Origin: Flavobacteriales bacterium
GTDB taxonomy: Bacteria > Bacteroidota > Bacteroidia > Flavobacteriales > TMED113
Direction: 5' to 3'
Assembly: GCA_002701365.1 (NCBI GenBank)
Contig: NZUK01000009.1
Span: 42,503 to 106,502 of the forward strand
DNA: 64,000 bases
The notes below the pieces were generated by a model, which saw only the letters and a program-made list of their open reading frames with translations, was not told the DNA's origin and searched no databases. How positions within the stretch are numbered: position 1 is the first letter of the stretch; each line of letters opens with the position of its first letter. Positions 28,191-37,841 of this stretch are shown here, piece after piece. A program made the translations under genes and the position numbers.

Positions 28191-29440
28191 CTTTTAATAA
28201 ATTCTATGCCCTCTTTTTCTAAATTTTTTAAAATTGGTTGATAAATTTCTTCATATATAGGTATTCGAACACCTTTTAGAGAAATTTTATCTTCAAGAAT
28301 CAACTTACAAGCAAAAAAAACAGGCAGCCCAACAGTTTTAGCCATACCGGTTTGAATGCTATCATCACCTTGAACGACCATTGATAAATTCATTTTTTTA
28401 TAATTACTATTTATTTCATAACCAAATTGATGCTGCATAACAATCATATCTTTATCATCAGGCTCTAGTGCCCACTTGTCTTTTAAAACAGATAACAAAT
28501 ACTCAGATGGACTATTATAATTAGAAATCTGGCTATTGAATAAGTTTAAATACTCCATTTTAAGATTTAATTCTTTATTACTTAAACCTTTTAGATATTT
28601 TAAAAATTTATCCTTAGAAACAATTTTTGTATTTTTTTCAGATGTCATTCCTAGTTGAACAAATATATTCCAAGCTTGTGAAAATCCTTTTTTTCGCAAT
28701 GTTCCTCTTACAATAGTATCAGCATTTAATAAATTATATTTAGATTGATAGTGTAAGGAATCTCTATTGGCATAAGATTCAAATTCTCCAAAGTGAGGAA
28801 TTCTAACCTTTTCAATATGAGTAAAAACTTCTTTATAGCTTAATTTCTTAATTAACCCATTTTTTAAATAAGTAGCACCCGAAGATCCAGCTAAAATAAC
28901 ATTCTTAGGATTCCATGTAAATTTATAACCCCAAGGGTTATTGTCATATTCTGGAGCTATTAATCCCCCACAGAACGACTTAAAAGTCTTAATTTCAGCA
29001 CCTTCTTTCTTTAATTTGTCGATAACTTCCATAGCAGAAAGATGATCGATACCTGGATCAAGTCCTATTTCGTTTAAAATTAAAATATTAGCTTTTTTGG
29101 CTTCATTATCTAATTGTTGAATTTCATTTGAAACATAAGAGGCGGTAATTAAATTTTTTTTAAAAAAAATACAATCTTTTGCTACCAAAAAGTGAAACTG
29201 AGGAGGTAGCATAGATATTACTAAATCTGATTGAGATATTATATCTCTACGATTTTGATCATTGTTAACATCTAATGAAACAAACGAACAAAGATTCTGG
29301 TCAATAAAAGGAACAATAAAATCATTTTTTTTTTGATCCGCAATAAATATTTGAATATTGAGTTCATTTTGATACTCTACTAAATACTTAATAAGTGTGT
29401 GTGTAGATCTTCCTACACCTAATAATAATACTCTTTTCAT
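28187..29440 (-). CDS. Saccharopine dehydrogenase (NADP+, L-glutamate-forming; LYS9-type saccharopine reductase)
   Basis: GLDPGIDHLSAMEVIDKLKKEGAEIKTFKSFCGGLIAPEYDNNPWGYKFTWNPKNVILAG is colinear with the LYS9 signature region. I prefer the ATG at 29440 (MKRVLLLGVGRS) over the TTG at 29473. Confidence 0.85.
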   Translation of the reverse strand: MKRVLLLGVGRSTHTLIKYLVEYQNELNIQIFIADQKKNDFIVPFIDQNLCSFVSLDVNNDQNRRDIISQSDLVISMLPPQFHFLVAKDCIFFKKNLITASYVSNEIQQLDNEAKKANILILNEIGLDPGIDHLSAMEVIDKLKKEGAEIKTFKSFCGGLIAPEYDNNPWGYKFTWNPKNVILAGSSGATYLKNGLIKKLSYKEVFTHIEKVRIPHFGEFESYANRDSLHYQSKYNLLNADTIVRGTLRKKGFSQAWNIFVQLGMTSEKNTKIVSKDKFLKYLKGLSNKELNLKMEYLNLFNSQISNYNSPSEYLLSVLKDKWALEPDDKDMIVMQHQFGYEINSNYKKMNLSMVVQGDDSIQTGMAKTVGLPVFFACKLILEDKISLKGVRIPIYEEIYQPILKNLEKEGIEFIKS

Positions 29441-29529
29441 AATTTTTAAAAAAATAATAATTTTATTTGACAACTAAATGAAATAATTACATAAATTAGT
29501 TAGATGTTAATTTTTAAATCTTAATCAAG

Positions 29530-29838
29530 ATGAAAAAACTATTGTTATATTTTAGTATTGCACTTTTTATGCCATCTGATATGGTTGCAAATGATTGCAA
29601 CTATGTCATGGACGATTACCAATTGGAGAAAATTATTGAATCTATGAATAATCAATCTGAAGATGAAAAAAAACTAAATATTATAAAAATGTATCTTCAA
29701 AGACTATGCATCAACACAGATCAAATGCTATCTATTAATAAAGTCTTTAAATCAAAAAATATCCAACGTGATTTTTTTATATACTCAGAAGATTATATTA
29801 CTGACTTAGAAAATTACAAAAAAGTAAAAATAAAATAA
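29530..29838 (+). CDS. Small secreted protein, DUF4476-like
   Basis: 102 aa with a signal peptide. The layout (helical, conserved Cys, ...YLQRLCINTDQMLSINKVFKSKNIQRDFFIYSEDYITDLENY) resembles DUF4476 as I recall it. Confidence 0.5.
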   Translation: MKKLLLYFSIALFMPSDMVANDCNYVMDDYQLEKIIESMNNQSEDEKKLNIIKMYLQRLCINTDQMLSINKVFKSKNIQRDFFIYSEDYITDLENYKKVKIK

Positions 29839-29864
29839 TTTAAGATCTAATAATCTTGATAAAC

Positions 29865-31487
29865 ATGAATACAATTGGAACAAAAAAGCCGGTTGACATA
29901 GAAGATTTTTTTCAAAATCATCCTAATATACTTTGGGATCTAAAACCAGAAGAACTTATTAGGGAATCTTTAGACATGAAAATGGGGCATTTATCCAATA
30001 ATAATGTTCTTGCCATTGATACTGGAAAATTTACAGGAAGAGCGCCTAAAGATCGTTTTATTGTAAGAGATTCTATTACTAAAAATACTGTTGATTGGGG
30101 GATTATAAATCAACCAATAGAAAATAAATTTTATCTAAAACTAAAAGAAGGGATAATTGACCACTTAAGTAAAAAAACTATTTTTGGAAGGCATTCTTAT
30201 GCTTGCGCTGACTTAGAATATAAATTAAATATTACACTGATCACTGAATACCCTTGGTCAAGTCTATTTGGTTACAATATGTTTTTAAGGCCAAGTTTAC
30301 AAGAAATAAATAATTTCAAAACAGATTGGACAATATTATGTGCACCAAGTTTTAAAATTAATGAGCCAAAAAAAAACGGTCTAAATAAAGATAATTTTTC
30401 TATCATTAATTTTGAAGACAAAACTATTATAATAGGAGGAACTGGATATACTGGTGAAATAAAAAAAGGTGTTTTTTCAGTTCTAAATTATATTTTACCA
30501 ACAGAAAATTCAGTTTTACCAATGCATTGTTCTGCTAATATTGGACATACAAATGACACCTCTCTTTTTTTTGGCCTTTCAGGTACAGGAAAAACCACTC
30601 TTTCTGCAGACTCAAGCAGAAAACTAATTGGTGATGATGAACACGGATGGGCAAAAAATTCAATATTTAATTTTGAAGGAGGATGTTATGCAAAATGCAT
30701 AAACTTATCTGCAGAAACAGAACCGGATATTTTTGCAGCTATAAAACCTGGAGCTTTATTAGAAAATATTTGTTTCAAAGAGAATAATGAAATAGATTTT
30801 AAAGATTCATCTAAAACACAAAACACTAGAGTTAGCTACCCTATATTTCATATAAAAAATATTGCAGAACCATCGGTTGGAAAATCACCAAAAAATATAT
30901 TTTTCCTAACTGCTGATGCCTTTGGAGTACTACCTCCAATATCTAAATTAACAAACAACCAAGCAATGTACCACTTTATATCCGGATACACATCAAAAGT
31001 AGCTGGAACGGAAGAAGGAATAATAGAGCCTGAAGCAACATTTTCAGCGTGTTTTGGAGCACCATTTATGCCTCTACATCCAACTAAATATGCTAAAATG
31101 CTAGGAGATAAAATCAAAACCGAAAAAGTCAATGTATGGCTTATCAATACAGGTTGGTCTGGTGGATCATATGGAGTTGGTGAAAGAATTCGCTTAAAAT
31201 ACACAAGAGCTATGATTACTGCAGTTATGGAACAAAAACTGACAAACAGTAAATATATCCAACATAGTATTTTTGGATTACACATGTTGACAGAATGCCC
31301 AAATGTTCCTGATGAAATACTTAACCCTATTAACACGTGGGAAAATAAAGATAATTATAACAAAACCGCTCACAAACTAGCTTCACTATTTCATCAAAAT
31401 TTTAATAAAATATCAAAGTCAATCAATGAACACTCAGTGATCCAGAAAGATAATTTAGATAAAATATGCTTAGGTGGACCAAACTAA
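29865..31487 (+). CDS. pckA: Phosphoenolpyruvate carboxykinase (ATP)
   Basis: Motifs: GRAPKDRF, kinase-1a loop FFGLSGTGKTTLS, IGDDEHGW and NTGWSGG. I prefer the ATG at 29865 to the TTG at 29856. Confidence 0.95.
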   Translation: MNTIGTKKPVDIEDFFQNHPNILWDLKPEELIRESLDMKMGHLSNNNVLAIDTGKFTGRAPKDRFIVRDSITKNTVDWGIINQPIENKFYLKLKEGIIDHLSKKTIFGRHSYACADLEYKLNITLITEYPWSSLFGYNMFLRPSLQEINNFKTDWTILCAPSFKINEPKKNGLNKDNFSIINFEDKTIIIGGTGYTGEIKKGVFSVLNYILPTENSVLPMHCSANIGHTNDTSLFFGLSGTGKTTLSADSSRKLIGDDEHGWAKNSIFNFEGGCYAKCINLSAETEPDIFAAIKPGALLENICFKENNEIDFKDSSKTQNTRVSYPIFHIKNIAEPSVGKSPKNIFFLTADAFGVLPPISKLTNNQAMYHFISGYTSKVAGTEEGIIEPEATFSACFGAPFMPLHPTKYAKMLGDKIKTEKVNVWLINTGWSGGSYGVGERIRLKYTRAMITAVMEQKLTNSKYIQHSIFGLHMLTECPNVPDEILNPINTWENKDNYNKTAHKLASLFHQNFNKISKSINEHSVIQKDNLDKICLGGPN

Positions 31488-31506
31488 ATCATATTTCTCT
31501 AATAAA

Positions 31507-32208
31507 ATGAATCTTTTTTATTCAAAAAATATATTTTTAAAACCTCAAAAATTATCTAAAGAAGAAAGCCTACATTGTATTCGTGTTTTAAGGAAAAAAG
31601 AAAATGATGAATTATTTATAACTGAGGGAAAAGGAATCATATACATCGCTAAAATTACTACAATAAAAAATGATTTAGTTAATTACAGTGAACTAACAAT
31701 ACATAGCAAATTTAATCGAAAAACTAATACTCATATTTTTATTTCACTACCAAAAAAAAGATCAAGATTTGAGTGGTTTTTAGAAAAAGTTACAGAAATT
31801 GGAGTTGATACTATTTCTCCATTAGTTTGCAAAAACTCAGAAAGAGAAAAAATTAATTTTAACAGATGTCAAAGAATACTAATTGCAGCAATTAAACAAT
31901 CGAAAAACCATATACTGCCACAATTAACAGAACCTATATTATTTAAAGAAGCTATTAAAAATCAAGTAGGCCACGCTTATTTAGCACATTGTTATTCAAG
32001 TGAAAAAAAAATATTTAAAGAAGTTCTATTGGAATCTAAAAATCCAAAAAAAATTAGTCTTTTTATTGGTCCTGAAGGTGACTTTAGTAAAAAAGAACTT
32101 AATTTTGCTAATGCTGAAAGTATTATTCCCATAAGCTTAGGGCAAAATATTTTAAGAACTGAAACTGCAGGAATAGTTGGTTGTAATATGATTAATTTAT
32201 TAACGTAA
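31507..32208 (+). CDS. rsmE: 16S rRNA (uracil1498-N3)-methyltransferase RsmE
   Basis: MNLFYS start typical of RsmE. The C-terminus FIGPEGDFSKKEL...SLGQNILRTETA is the SPOUT knot motif. I prefer the ATG at 31507 to the GTG at 31474, which overlaps pckA. Confidence 0.85.
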   Translation: MNLFYSKNIFLKPQKLSKEESLHCIRVLRKKENDELFITEGKGIIYIAKITTIKNDLVNYSELTIHSKFNRKTNTHIFISLPKKRSRFEWFLEKVTEIGVDTISPLVCKNSEREKINFNRCQRILIAAIKQSKNHILPQLTEPILFKEAIKNQVGHAYLAHCYSSEKKIFKEVLLESKNPKKISLFIGPEGDFSKKELNFANAESIIPISLGQNILRTETAGIVGCNMINLLT

Positions 32209-32865
32209 ATGAAAACATTAATTTTAATTGTTATTTTGATTTTATCGAATATTGGGTTCTCTCAAAATAGCTATCAATTAGCAGTTTTAAAATACAAAGG
32301 TGGTGGGGATTGGTATGCAAATCCAAGTTCACTAAAAAACTTAGCCAATTTCTGCAACACACACCTAAATACAAATATACAATCGGACTATGCAATTATT
32401 GAAGCAGATAGTCCAAATTTATTTGACTATCCTTTTATACATATGACAGGACACGGCAATGTGCTATTTAGTCAAAGTGAGGCAGAAAATCTTAGAAACT
32501 ACTTAACAGGAGGAGGTTTTTTGCACATTGATGATAATTACGGTATGAATAAATATATACGATTAGAAATAAAAAAAATCTTTCCAGATCTAGATTTTAT
32601 TGAAATACCACATAATCACTATATTTATAATAATATTTATAACTTTGAAAATGGATTGCCAAAAATTCATGAACATGATAATAATCCGCCACAAGGTTTA
32701 GCTTTAATTTACAATGGAAGAATAGTGTGCTTTTACTCATATGAATCAGACCTTGGAGATGGATGGGAAGATTCAAATGTACATAATGATCCTGCACATA
32801 TAAGACAAGAAGCATTAAAAATGGGAGCAAATATTATAGCATACGCAATGAATAAAAAAAGATGA
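32209..32865 (+). CDS. DUF4159 domain-containing protein
   Basis: Motifs: LKYKGGGDWYANPSSLKNL, PFIHMTGHGN, GGFLHIDDNYGM, GLPKIHEHDNNPPQG and DLGDGWED. Confidence 0.75.
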   Translation: MKTLILIVILILSNIGFSQNSYQLAVLKYKGGGDWYANPSSLKNLANFCNTHLNTNIQSDYAIIEADSPNLFDYPFIHMTGHGNVLFSQSEAENLRNYLTGGGFLHIDDNYGMNKYIRLEIKKIFPDLDFIEIPHNHYIYNNIYNFENGLPKIHEHDNNPPQGLALIYNGRIVCFYSYESDLGDGWEDSNVHNDPAHIRQEALKMGANIIAYAMNKKR

Positions 32866-33965
32866 AGAAGTCAATAGGAAATATTATAATTTTAAGTCTA
32901 ATTGTAATGTCACTTTTTCTTATCTCTAAGATACAATTATTAATTATTTATTTATTTATCTCAATAGTACTATCAATTACAATTAATCCCTTGAACAATA
33001 GGTTATGTAATATTAAATTCAAAAATAACAGGTTAAATAAAAATATTGCAGCCTTAATATGTTTAATGACTATTGCATTTTTTACTACAATACTTGGATA
33101 TATTCTATCACCTTTAATAATAGAAGTTAGTTCACTAGATTTAAAAGATACTATATGTATCTTAACAAGAGAAATTAATGACAATTTTAATATTAATATT
33201 GATGCGGCTTTTGGGTCGATACAATGTGACAATTTAAATTCTTATGAAACAACTATTAATCAAATAAATAACAATAAAATAACTTCTTTTAATAGCTTAG
33301 ATAAGATATTTAATTTTTCTTCCTTAAATAATATGTTTCAATCTATGTTTGAAATTCTTGGAAATATGTTATTTGCAATTTTTTCAATCCTGTTTATTTC
33401 TTTTTTCTTAATTAGAGATAAAGATTTATTCAAAATAAAAGCAATCAATACAATCAACTTGTTAATTCCAAATGCAAAACAAAAAATAAATACCATTATT
33501 TATTTTATTAGAAGATACTTTATAGGTTTATGTACTCAAACTCTACTGTTATTTGTATTATTTGGCATTGGAATGTCTATTATAAAAATTCCTCATGCAT
33601 GGACATTAGCAGTATTTGCAGCTGTAATCAATATAATACCTTATTTTGGACCATTAATTGGTTTTGCATTTACCACAACTGTTCTAGGAGCTGTCTGTAG
33701 TAATCAGCCTGAAATGCTTGAATTATTTTTACCGCTAACTATAAAATCTTTTATATTATTTGGAACCGTTCAATCAATCGACAATTTTATTGTACAACCA
33801 TCAATATATTCTAAAGCATTTAATACCCACCCACTGGAAATATTTTTTATTGCCATGACAGCAGGATTAATTGGTGGTATTATGTGGATGATAATAGCAA
33901 TGCCTGTATATACAATTATTAGGGTACTTTTTGCTGAATTAATTACCAATATTCAAAAAACTTAA
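32862..33965 (+). CDS. AI-2E family transporter (PerM/UPF0118)
   Basis: 367 aa, polytopic. The C-terminal region INIIPYFGPLIGF...QSIDNFIVQPSIYSKAFNTHPLEIFF is typical of the family. Confidence 0.8.
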   Translation: MKKSIGNIIILSLIVMSLFLISKIQLLIIYLFISIVLSITINPLNNRLCNIKFKNNRLNKNIAALICLMTIAFFTTILGYILSPLIIEVSSLDLKDTICILTREINDNFNINIDAAFGSIQCDNLNSYETTINQINNNKITSFNSLDKIFNFSSLNNMFQSMFEILGNMLFAIFSILFISFFLIRDKDLFKIKAINTINLLIPNAKQKINTIIYFIRRYFIGLCTQTLLLFVLFGIGMSIIKIPHAWTLAVFAAVINIIPYFGPLIGFAFTTTVLGAVCSNQPEMLELFLPLTIKSFILFGTVQSIDNFIVQPSIYSKAFNTHPLEIFFIAMTAGLIGGIMWMIIAMPVYTIIRVLFAELITNIQKT

Positions 33966-35432
33966 TACATCAAATTCACTTACAAAGCCTCTTATTAAGT
34001 CAATTTCTTTTCGTACAGGATTATCATCTGTTTGATCAAGCTTAGGAAAACAGTTCGCATCTTGCATATGTGACATTAAATGACTTATAGTAACAGAAGT
34101 GTTTTTAAAAGATTTTTTAAAATACATAGCTTGAATAGCGTTAAACAATTCTATTGCCATAATAGTATGAACATTAGTAATCACTTTATATAATTTTGTT
34201 GCGGCATTTGCCCCCATACTTACATGATCTTCTTGCCCATTAGAAGAAACAATACTATCAACAGAAGATGGAGAACAATACTGCTTATTCTGGCTTACAA
34301 TTGATGCAGCAGTATACTGTGTAATCATAGAACCTGATTTTAGACCAGGATTAGACGTTAAGTATAGTGGTAAACCTCGTTCACCAGAAATTAATTTAAA
34401 AATTCTTCTTTCTGAAATACTACCTATTTCAGAAATAGCAATTGCAAGATAATCCATAGCCATAGCCAATGGTTGACCATGAAAATTTCCAGCAGAAAGA
34501 ATACTATCTTCTTCTGAAAACACTAAAGGATTATCCGTGACTGAATCGACTTCAATTTGGAAAATTGACTCTACATGATTAATAACATCTAATGATGCAC
34601 CATGAACTTGAGGAATACATCTAAATGAGTAAGGATCTTGTACATACTCATCATTTGAAAAAAAAGTCTTACTGCCATTAAGAATTCTTAAAATTTCTTC
34701 AGATGTATTTTTTTGACCGAAATGACTTCTAATTTTAGAAACAAGTGGATCAAAAGACTCTTTTCTACAAGAAAAAGATTCTAAAGAAATAGATGCAATT
34801 AAATTTGCCAAGTGATATATTTTACGAGCCTCAACTATACAATATAGTCCATATGCAGACATGAATTGCGTGCCATTTAATAAAGCAAGTCCCTCTTTAA
34901 AAGATAGTTTTAAAGGAGTTTGATGATGCTTAGCATTAAAAGATTTAGAAATTAACATATCAGCAACACTTGCTAATGGAGCAAGGTCACCAGAAGCGCC
35001 TAAGGATCCTTGTTCTTTAATAATTGGCAGTGCATTTTTGTTATAGAATTTAATTAATCTATCAATCACTTCCAATCTAACACCAGAGTAACCAAAACAT
35101 AAAGATCGGATTTTAAGTAACAATATTAATTTAGTAATAAATTCTGGTACTACATCACCTACTCCTGCATTATGTGAATTAACTAAATTCCTCTGTAGCT
35201 CCTCAATTTGATCTTCATTAATTGGAAAAGAACATAGTGATCCAAAGCCTGTATTAACACCATAAATTAATTTATTATTAGATTTGACCTTATGTTCTAA
35301 ATAATTTCGAGATTTATTAATTATATTAATGGATTCCTTAGATATATAAATATCAGAATCACTTTTTGCTATTTTAAAAATTGTTAATAAACTAAGCTTT
35401 GATTGAGCTATATTAATTTTTCTTTTCACCAA
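33939..35432 (-). CDS. hutH: Histidine ammonia-lyase
   Basis: MIO-forming GSLGASGDLAPLA. YGVNTGFG is present. The selectivity pair Ser-His in LVNSHNAGVG favours HAL over TAL/PAL. The start is TTG (35432) or GTG (35429), with no ATG available. Its 3' end overlaps the convergent transporter gene by 27 nt. Confidence 0.9.
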   Translation of the reverse strand: MVKRKINIAQSKLSLLTIFKIAKSDSDIYISKESINIINKSRNYLEHKVKSNNKLIYGVNTGFGSLCSFPINEDQIEELQRNLVNSHNAGVGDVVPEFITKLILLLKIRSLCFGYSGVRLEVIDRLIKFYNKNALPIIKEQGSLGASGDLAPLASVADMLISKSFNAKHHQTPLKLSFKEGLALLNGTQFMSAYGLYCIVEARKIYHLANLIASISLESFSCRKESFDPLVSKIRSHFGQKNTSEEILRILNGSKTFFSNDEYVQDPYSFRCIPQVHGASLDVINHVESIFQIEVDSVTDNPLVFSEEDSILSAGNFHGQPLAMAMDYLAIAISEIGSISERRIFKLISGERGLPLYLTSNPGLKSGSMITQYTAASIVSQNKQYCSPSSVDSIVSSNGQEDHVSMGANAATKLYKVITNVHTIMAIELFNAIQAMYFKKSFKNTSVTISHLMSHMQDANCFPKLDQTDDNPVRKEIDLIRGFVSEFDVLSFLNIGN

Positions 35433-36786
35433 ACTCCATTTTTTTAATTAATGTTTCAAAACTAATTAATTCTTGACTGCCATCTATCATATTCTTAACA
35501 GACAATTGTTGTTTCTTAGCCTCCTCTTCTCCAATCATAATTACAAATTTGACGCCTCTTTTATTCGCATATGATAATTGCTTATTGATTTTTACAGCTT
35601 CTGGATATATTTCGACAGATGCACCAAGCATACGAAGTTTTTGCATATAATACTGCGACAAACTTACTGTTTCTTCTCCAAAATTTATAAACATATAATC
35701 TAATGAAAATGCTATTTTATTAGGAAATAGATTAAATTCATCCAATAAAATACATAAGCGATCAAGACCAAAAGACATACCTACTCCACTGATATTATTT
35801 ATATTAAACTTCTCTGTTAACTGATCATACCTGCCACCACCACATATACTTCCAAAATTATTATCAGAAGAAACTACTTCAAAAATAGAGCCTGTGTAAT
35901 AATCTAAACCTCTTGCTAGTGAAAAATCTAAATTTATGTGAGTTTTTAACTTCAGTGCATCTATTTGAGAAAATATAAATGAAATCTCATCAAACCCTAG
36001 CTTTAAATTTTTATTATTAAAATTAGATAAAACATAAGTTTTCTTGTCCTGATACGTACCTTCAAATGAAAATATATTTTTGATTAATTTTACCTGACTA
36101 ACAGGTAGACCATGAGATGATAACAAGTCACAAACTTTATTTAAACCTATTTTATCTAATTTATCTATTGTCGTAGAGAATTGTGAAAAATTTAAATTAA
36201 TACTCAAAGATTGAAAAATGCCTTCTAAAATTTTTCTATTGCTAATTTTAATAACCATATTATTCAACTTCAAAGAAGTTAAAACCGAATCAATAAGGCT
36301 TATTAAATCTACTTCTAATAATAAAGATTTACTACCAATAATATCAGCGTCACATTGAGTAAATTGACGCAATCGACCTTTTTGCGGTCTGTCTGCTCTA
36401 AAAACAGGACCAATTTCATACCTTCTAAAAGGTAAATTAATATCTGATTGATTTTGAGAAAAGAATCTTGCAAATGAGACTGTCAAGTCGTATCTAAGCG
36501 CCTTGTCACTAATATTTTCAGAAAGCTCATTAGATGTAATCTTTTTTAGGTCACAATTAGTTTTACTAAGATAATCACCGCTTTTTAGTATTTGGAAAAT
36601 TAATTTTTCACCATCTTCACCATAACTACCAAATAAATTCGACCTTTTTTCAATTAATGCTGTAGAGATGGGTGAAAAGCCAAAAGCAATAAAATGTTTT
36701 TTAATTATAGATAAAACATAGTCCCTCTTCTGAATATCAAATGAAGAAAAATCAGGAATGCCACTTAATGAAAAATTTGTTTTCAT
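35413..36786 (-). CDS. hisS: Histidine--tRNA ligase
   Basis: Class II motif 2 is FRRYEIGPVFRADRPQKGRLRQFTQCD. The motif 3 region is GGGRYD...GVGMSFGLDR. A C-terminal anticodon-binding domain is present. Confidence 0.93.
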   Translation of the reverse strand: MKTNFSLSGIPDFSSFDIQKRDYVLSIIKKHFIAFGFSPISTALIEKRSNLFGSYGEDGEKLIFQILKSGDYLSKTNCDLKKITSNELSENISDKALRYDLTVSFARFFSQNQSDINLPFRRYEIGPVFRADRPQKGRLRQFTQCDADIIGSKSLLLEVDLISLIDSVLTSLKLNNMVIKISNRKILEGIFQSLSINLNFSQFSTTIDKLDKIGLNKVCDLLSSHGLPVSQVKLIKNIFSFEGTYQDKKTYVLSNFNNKNLKLGFDEISFIFSQIDALKLKTHINLDFSLARGLDYYTGSIFEVVSSDNNFGSICGGGRYDQLTEKFNINNISGVGMSFGLDRLCILLDEFNLFPNKIAFSLDYMFINFGEETVSLSQYYMQKLRMLGASVEIYPEAVKINKQLSYANKRGVKFVIMIGEEEAKKQQLSVKNMIDGSQELISFETLIKKMEFGEKKN

Positions 36787-36853
36787 GTTTTAAAAATACG
36801 AACAATGCTGCCAAAAAAAAAAGAATCTCTAATAGCAATAGTTATTTATATGT

Positions 36854-36861
36854 TAATTTTG
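36854..36861 (+). promoter_or_regulatory. Candidate -7 box (TAnnTTTG)
   Basis: Exact match taattttg 15 nt upstream of the ATG at 36877. Confidence 0.3.
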
Positions 36862-36876
36862 TAAAAAAAACCAGAA

Positions 36877-37599
36877 ATGCGAAAAATATTTTATCTATTA
36901 TTAATAATGTCTTGTACAATTATATCTGCTCAACAATCTAATATGGAAGCAAAAAATATTGTCAGTGATTACATAGAAAGATTAGGAGGTGAAAAGAAAT
37001 TAAAAAAAATAAAAACTCTCAAAAAAATAATAAACACAACAATTGAAAATGTACCCGACTTCAATATGTTAAACGAAGTGATTTATAAAGAGCCAAATTT
37101 ATATTCATCTGAAGTAACAATTGATAAAATAGGACAAATAGAATTAGTTAAATACGATGGTCAAAATTGTTTTATTATACGTAACCATAATAATGAAAAA
37201 ATTAAAAAGCCAATAGAAGGCGCACTACTTGAAGAAAAAAAAAGAGATTTTGCACCTTTTCCAATATTAAATTTAATAAATCAAGATACCAAATTTGAAT
37301 TGATTGATATAATAGAAATTGACAATAAACCAACCTATAAGATTAAAGTAAAGGATACTAACAAAACATTAGTGTTTTTTTTCGACAAAGAAAATAAATT
37401 ACTAATAAAGAAAAAAATCATAGATATTAAGACAATAAAAACAACCAAGTATTTTGATTATAAAAAAGTTAAAGGTGTCATGTTTCCATTTAAAACAATA
37501 TCAATAACTGAAATGAATAATAAGATTATACAACAAACTACAAGTGAAACTCAAGAAATTATTATTAATTTAAATATCTCAACAAATGATTTTCAATAA
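36877..37599 (+). CDS. Hypothetical secreted protein (possibly LolA-like beta fold; function unknown)
   Basis: 240 aa with signal peptide MRKIFYLLLIMSCTIISAQ. Lys/Ile-rich beta-strand-like periodicity. I recognise no catalytic motif. Confidence 0.6.
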   Translation: MRKIFYLLLIMSCTIISAQQSNMEAKNIVSDYIERLGGEKKLKKIKTLKKIINTTIENVPDFNMLNEVIYKEPNLYSSEVTIDKIGQIELVKYDGQNCFIIRNHNNEKIKKPIEGALLEEKKRDFAPFPILNLINQDTKFELIDIIEIDNKPTYKIKVKDTNKTLVFFFDKENKLLIKKKIIDIKTIKTTKYFDYKKVKGVMFPFKTISITEMNNKIIQQTTSETQEIIINLNISTNDFQ

Positions 37600-37600
37600 A

Positions 37601-37627
37601 AAAAGGGCCATAAATGACCCTTTTTTA
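37601..37627. terminator. Candidate bidirectional intrinsic terminator between convergent genes
   Basis: The stem aaaaggg (37601-37607) pairs with ccctttt (37618-37624) around a 10-nt loop. It is flanked by A-run / T-run, so a U-tract exists on either strand. The stem has only 3 GC pairs, so it is weak. Confidence 0.45.
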
Positions 37628-37646
37628 AAATCAATAAATTTATTAT

Positions 37647-37841
37647 TTATGCTTTTTTTACTAACGGCAATCCCGTTCTAGCGCTTTCAACAACTTGTTT
37701 TCCAGCTGGTAAATCGCATGCATTTGATCTTTGATCTCCTGCAAAATAATAAATTGTTTGAGTTCTGCCACCTCTTAAGGTAACATCTTTTGAGTGTAAC
37801 CAGTAAGTTTTTCCCTTACTATTTTTGTGTGAATAAGCCAT
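37647..37841 (-). CDS. Small conserved-looking protein (64 aa), unknown function
   Basis: MAYSHKNSKGKTYWLHSKDVTLRGGRTQTIYYFAGDQRSNACDLPAGKQVVESARTGLPLVKKA. The protein is Arg/Gly-containing and not low-complexity. I recall the pattern TY.LH...V.LRGG....IY.F......LP.G..V.E...TGLP..KK from small uncharacterised proteins of diverse bacteria. By hand count the gene is about 36% GC, above its surroundings. Confidence 0.6.
   Translation of the reverse strand: MAYSHKNSKGKTYWLHSKDVTLRGGRTQTIYYFAGDQRSNACDLPAGKQVVESARTGLPLVKKA

Noticed and set aside
30848-31336. 162-aa ORF antisense to pckA
   Set aside because: It lies inside pckA, whose frame carries all kinase motifs. The antisense frame has no features.
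33939-35432. Considered that the ammonia-lyase is a tyrosine ammonia-lyase for flexirubin-type pigment synthesis
   Set aside because: The selectivity positions read Ser-His (LVNSHNAG), as in histidine ammonia-lyases, not His-Leu (TAL) or Phe-Leu (PAL). No polyketide or flexirubin genes are adjacent.
37647-37841. Considered calling the 64-aa gene a recent horizontal acquisition on GC content alone
   Set aside because: About 36% GC is only modestly above the local background, and highly conserved genes such as gyrA also look GC-richer than the spacers. Composition alone is insufficient, so it is kept only as a low-interest observation.
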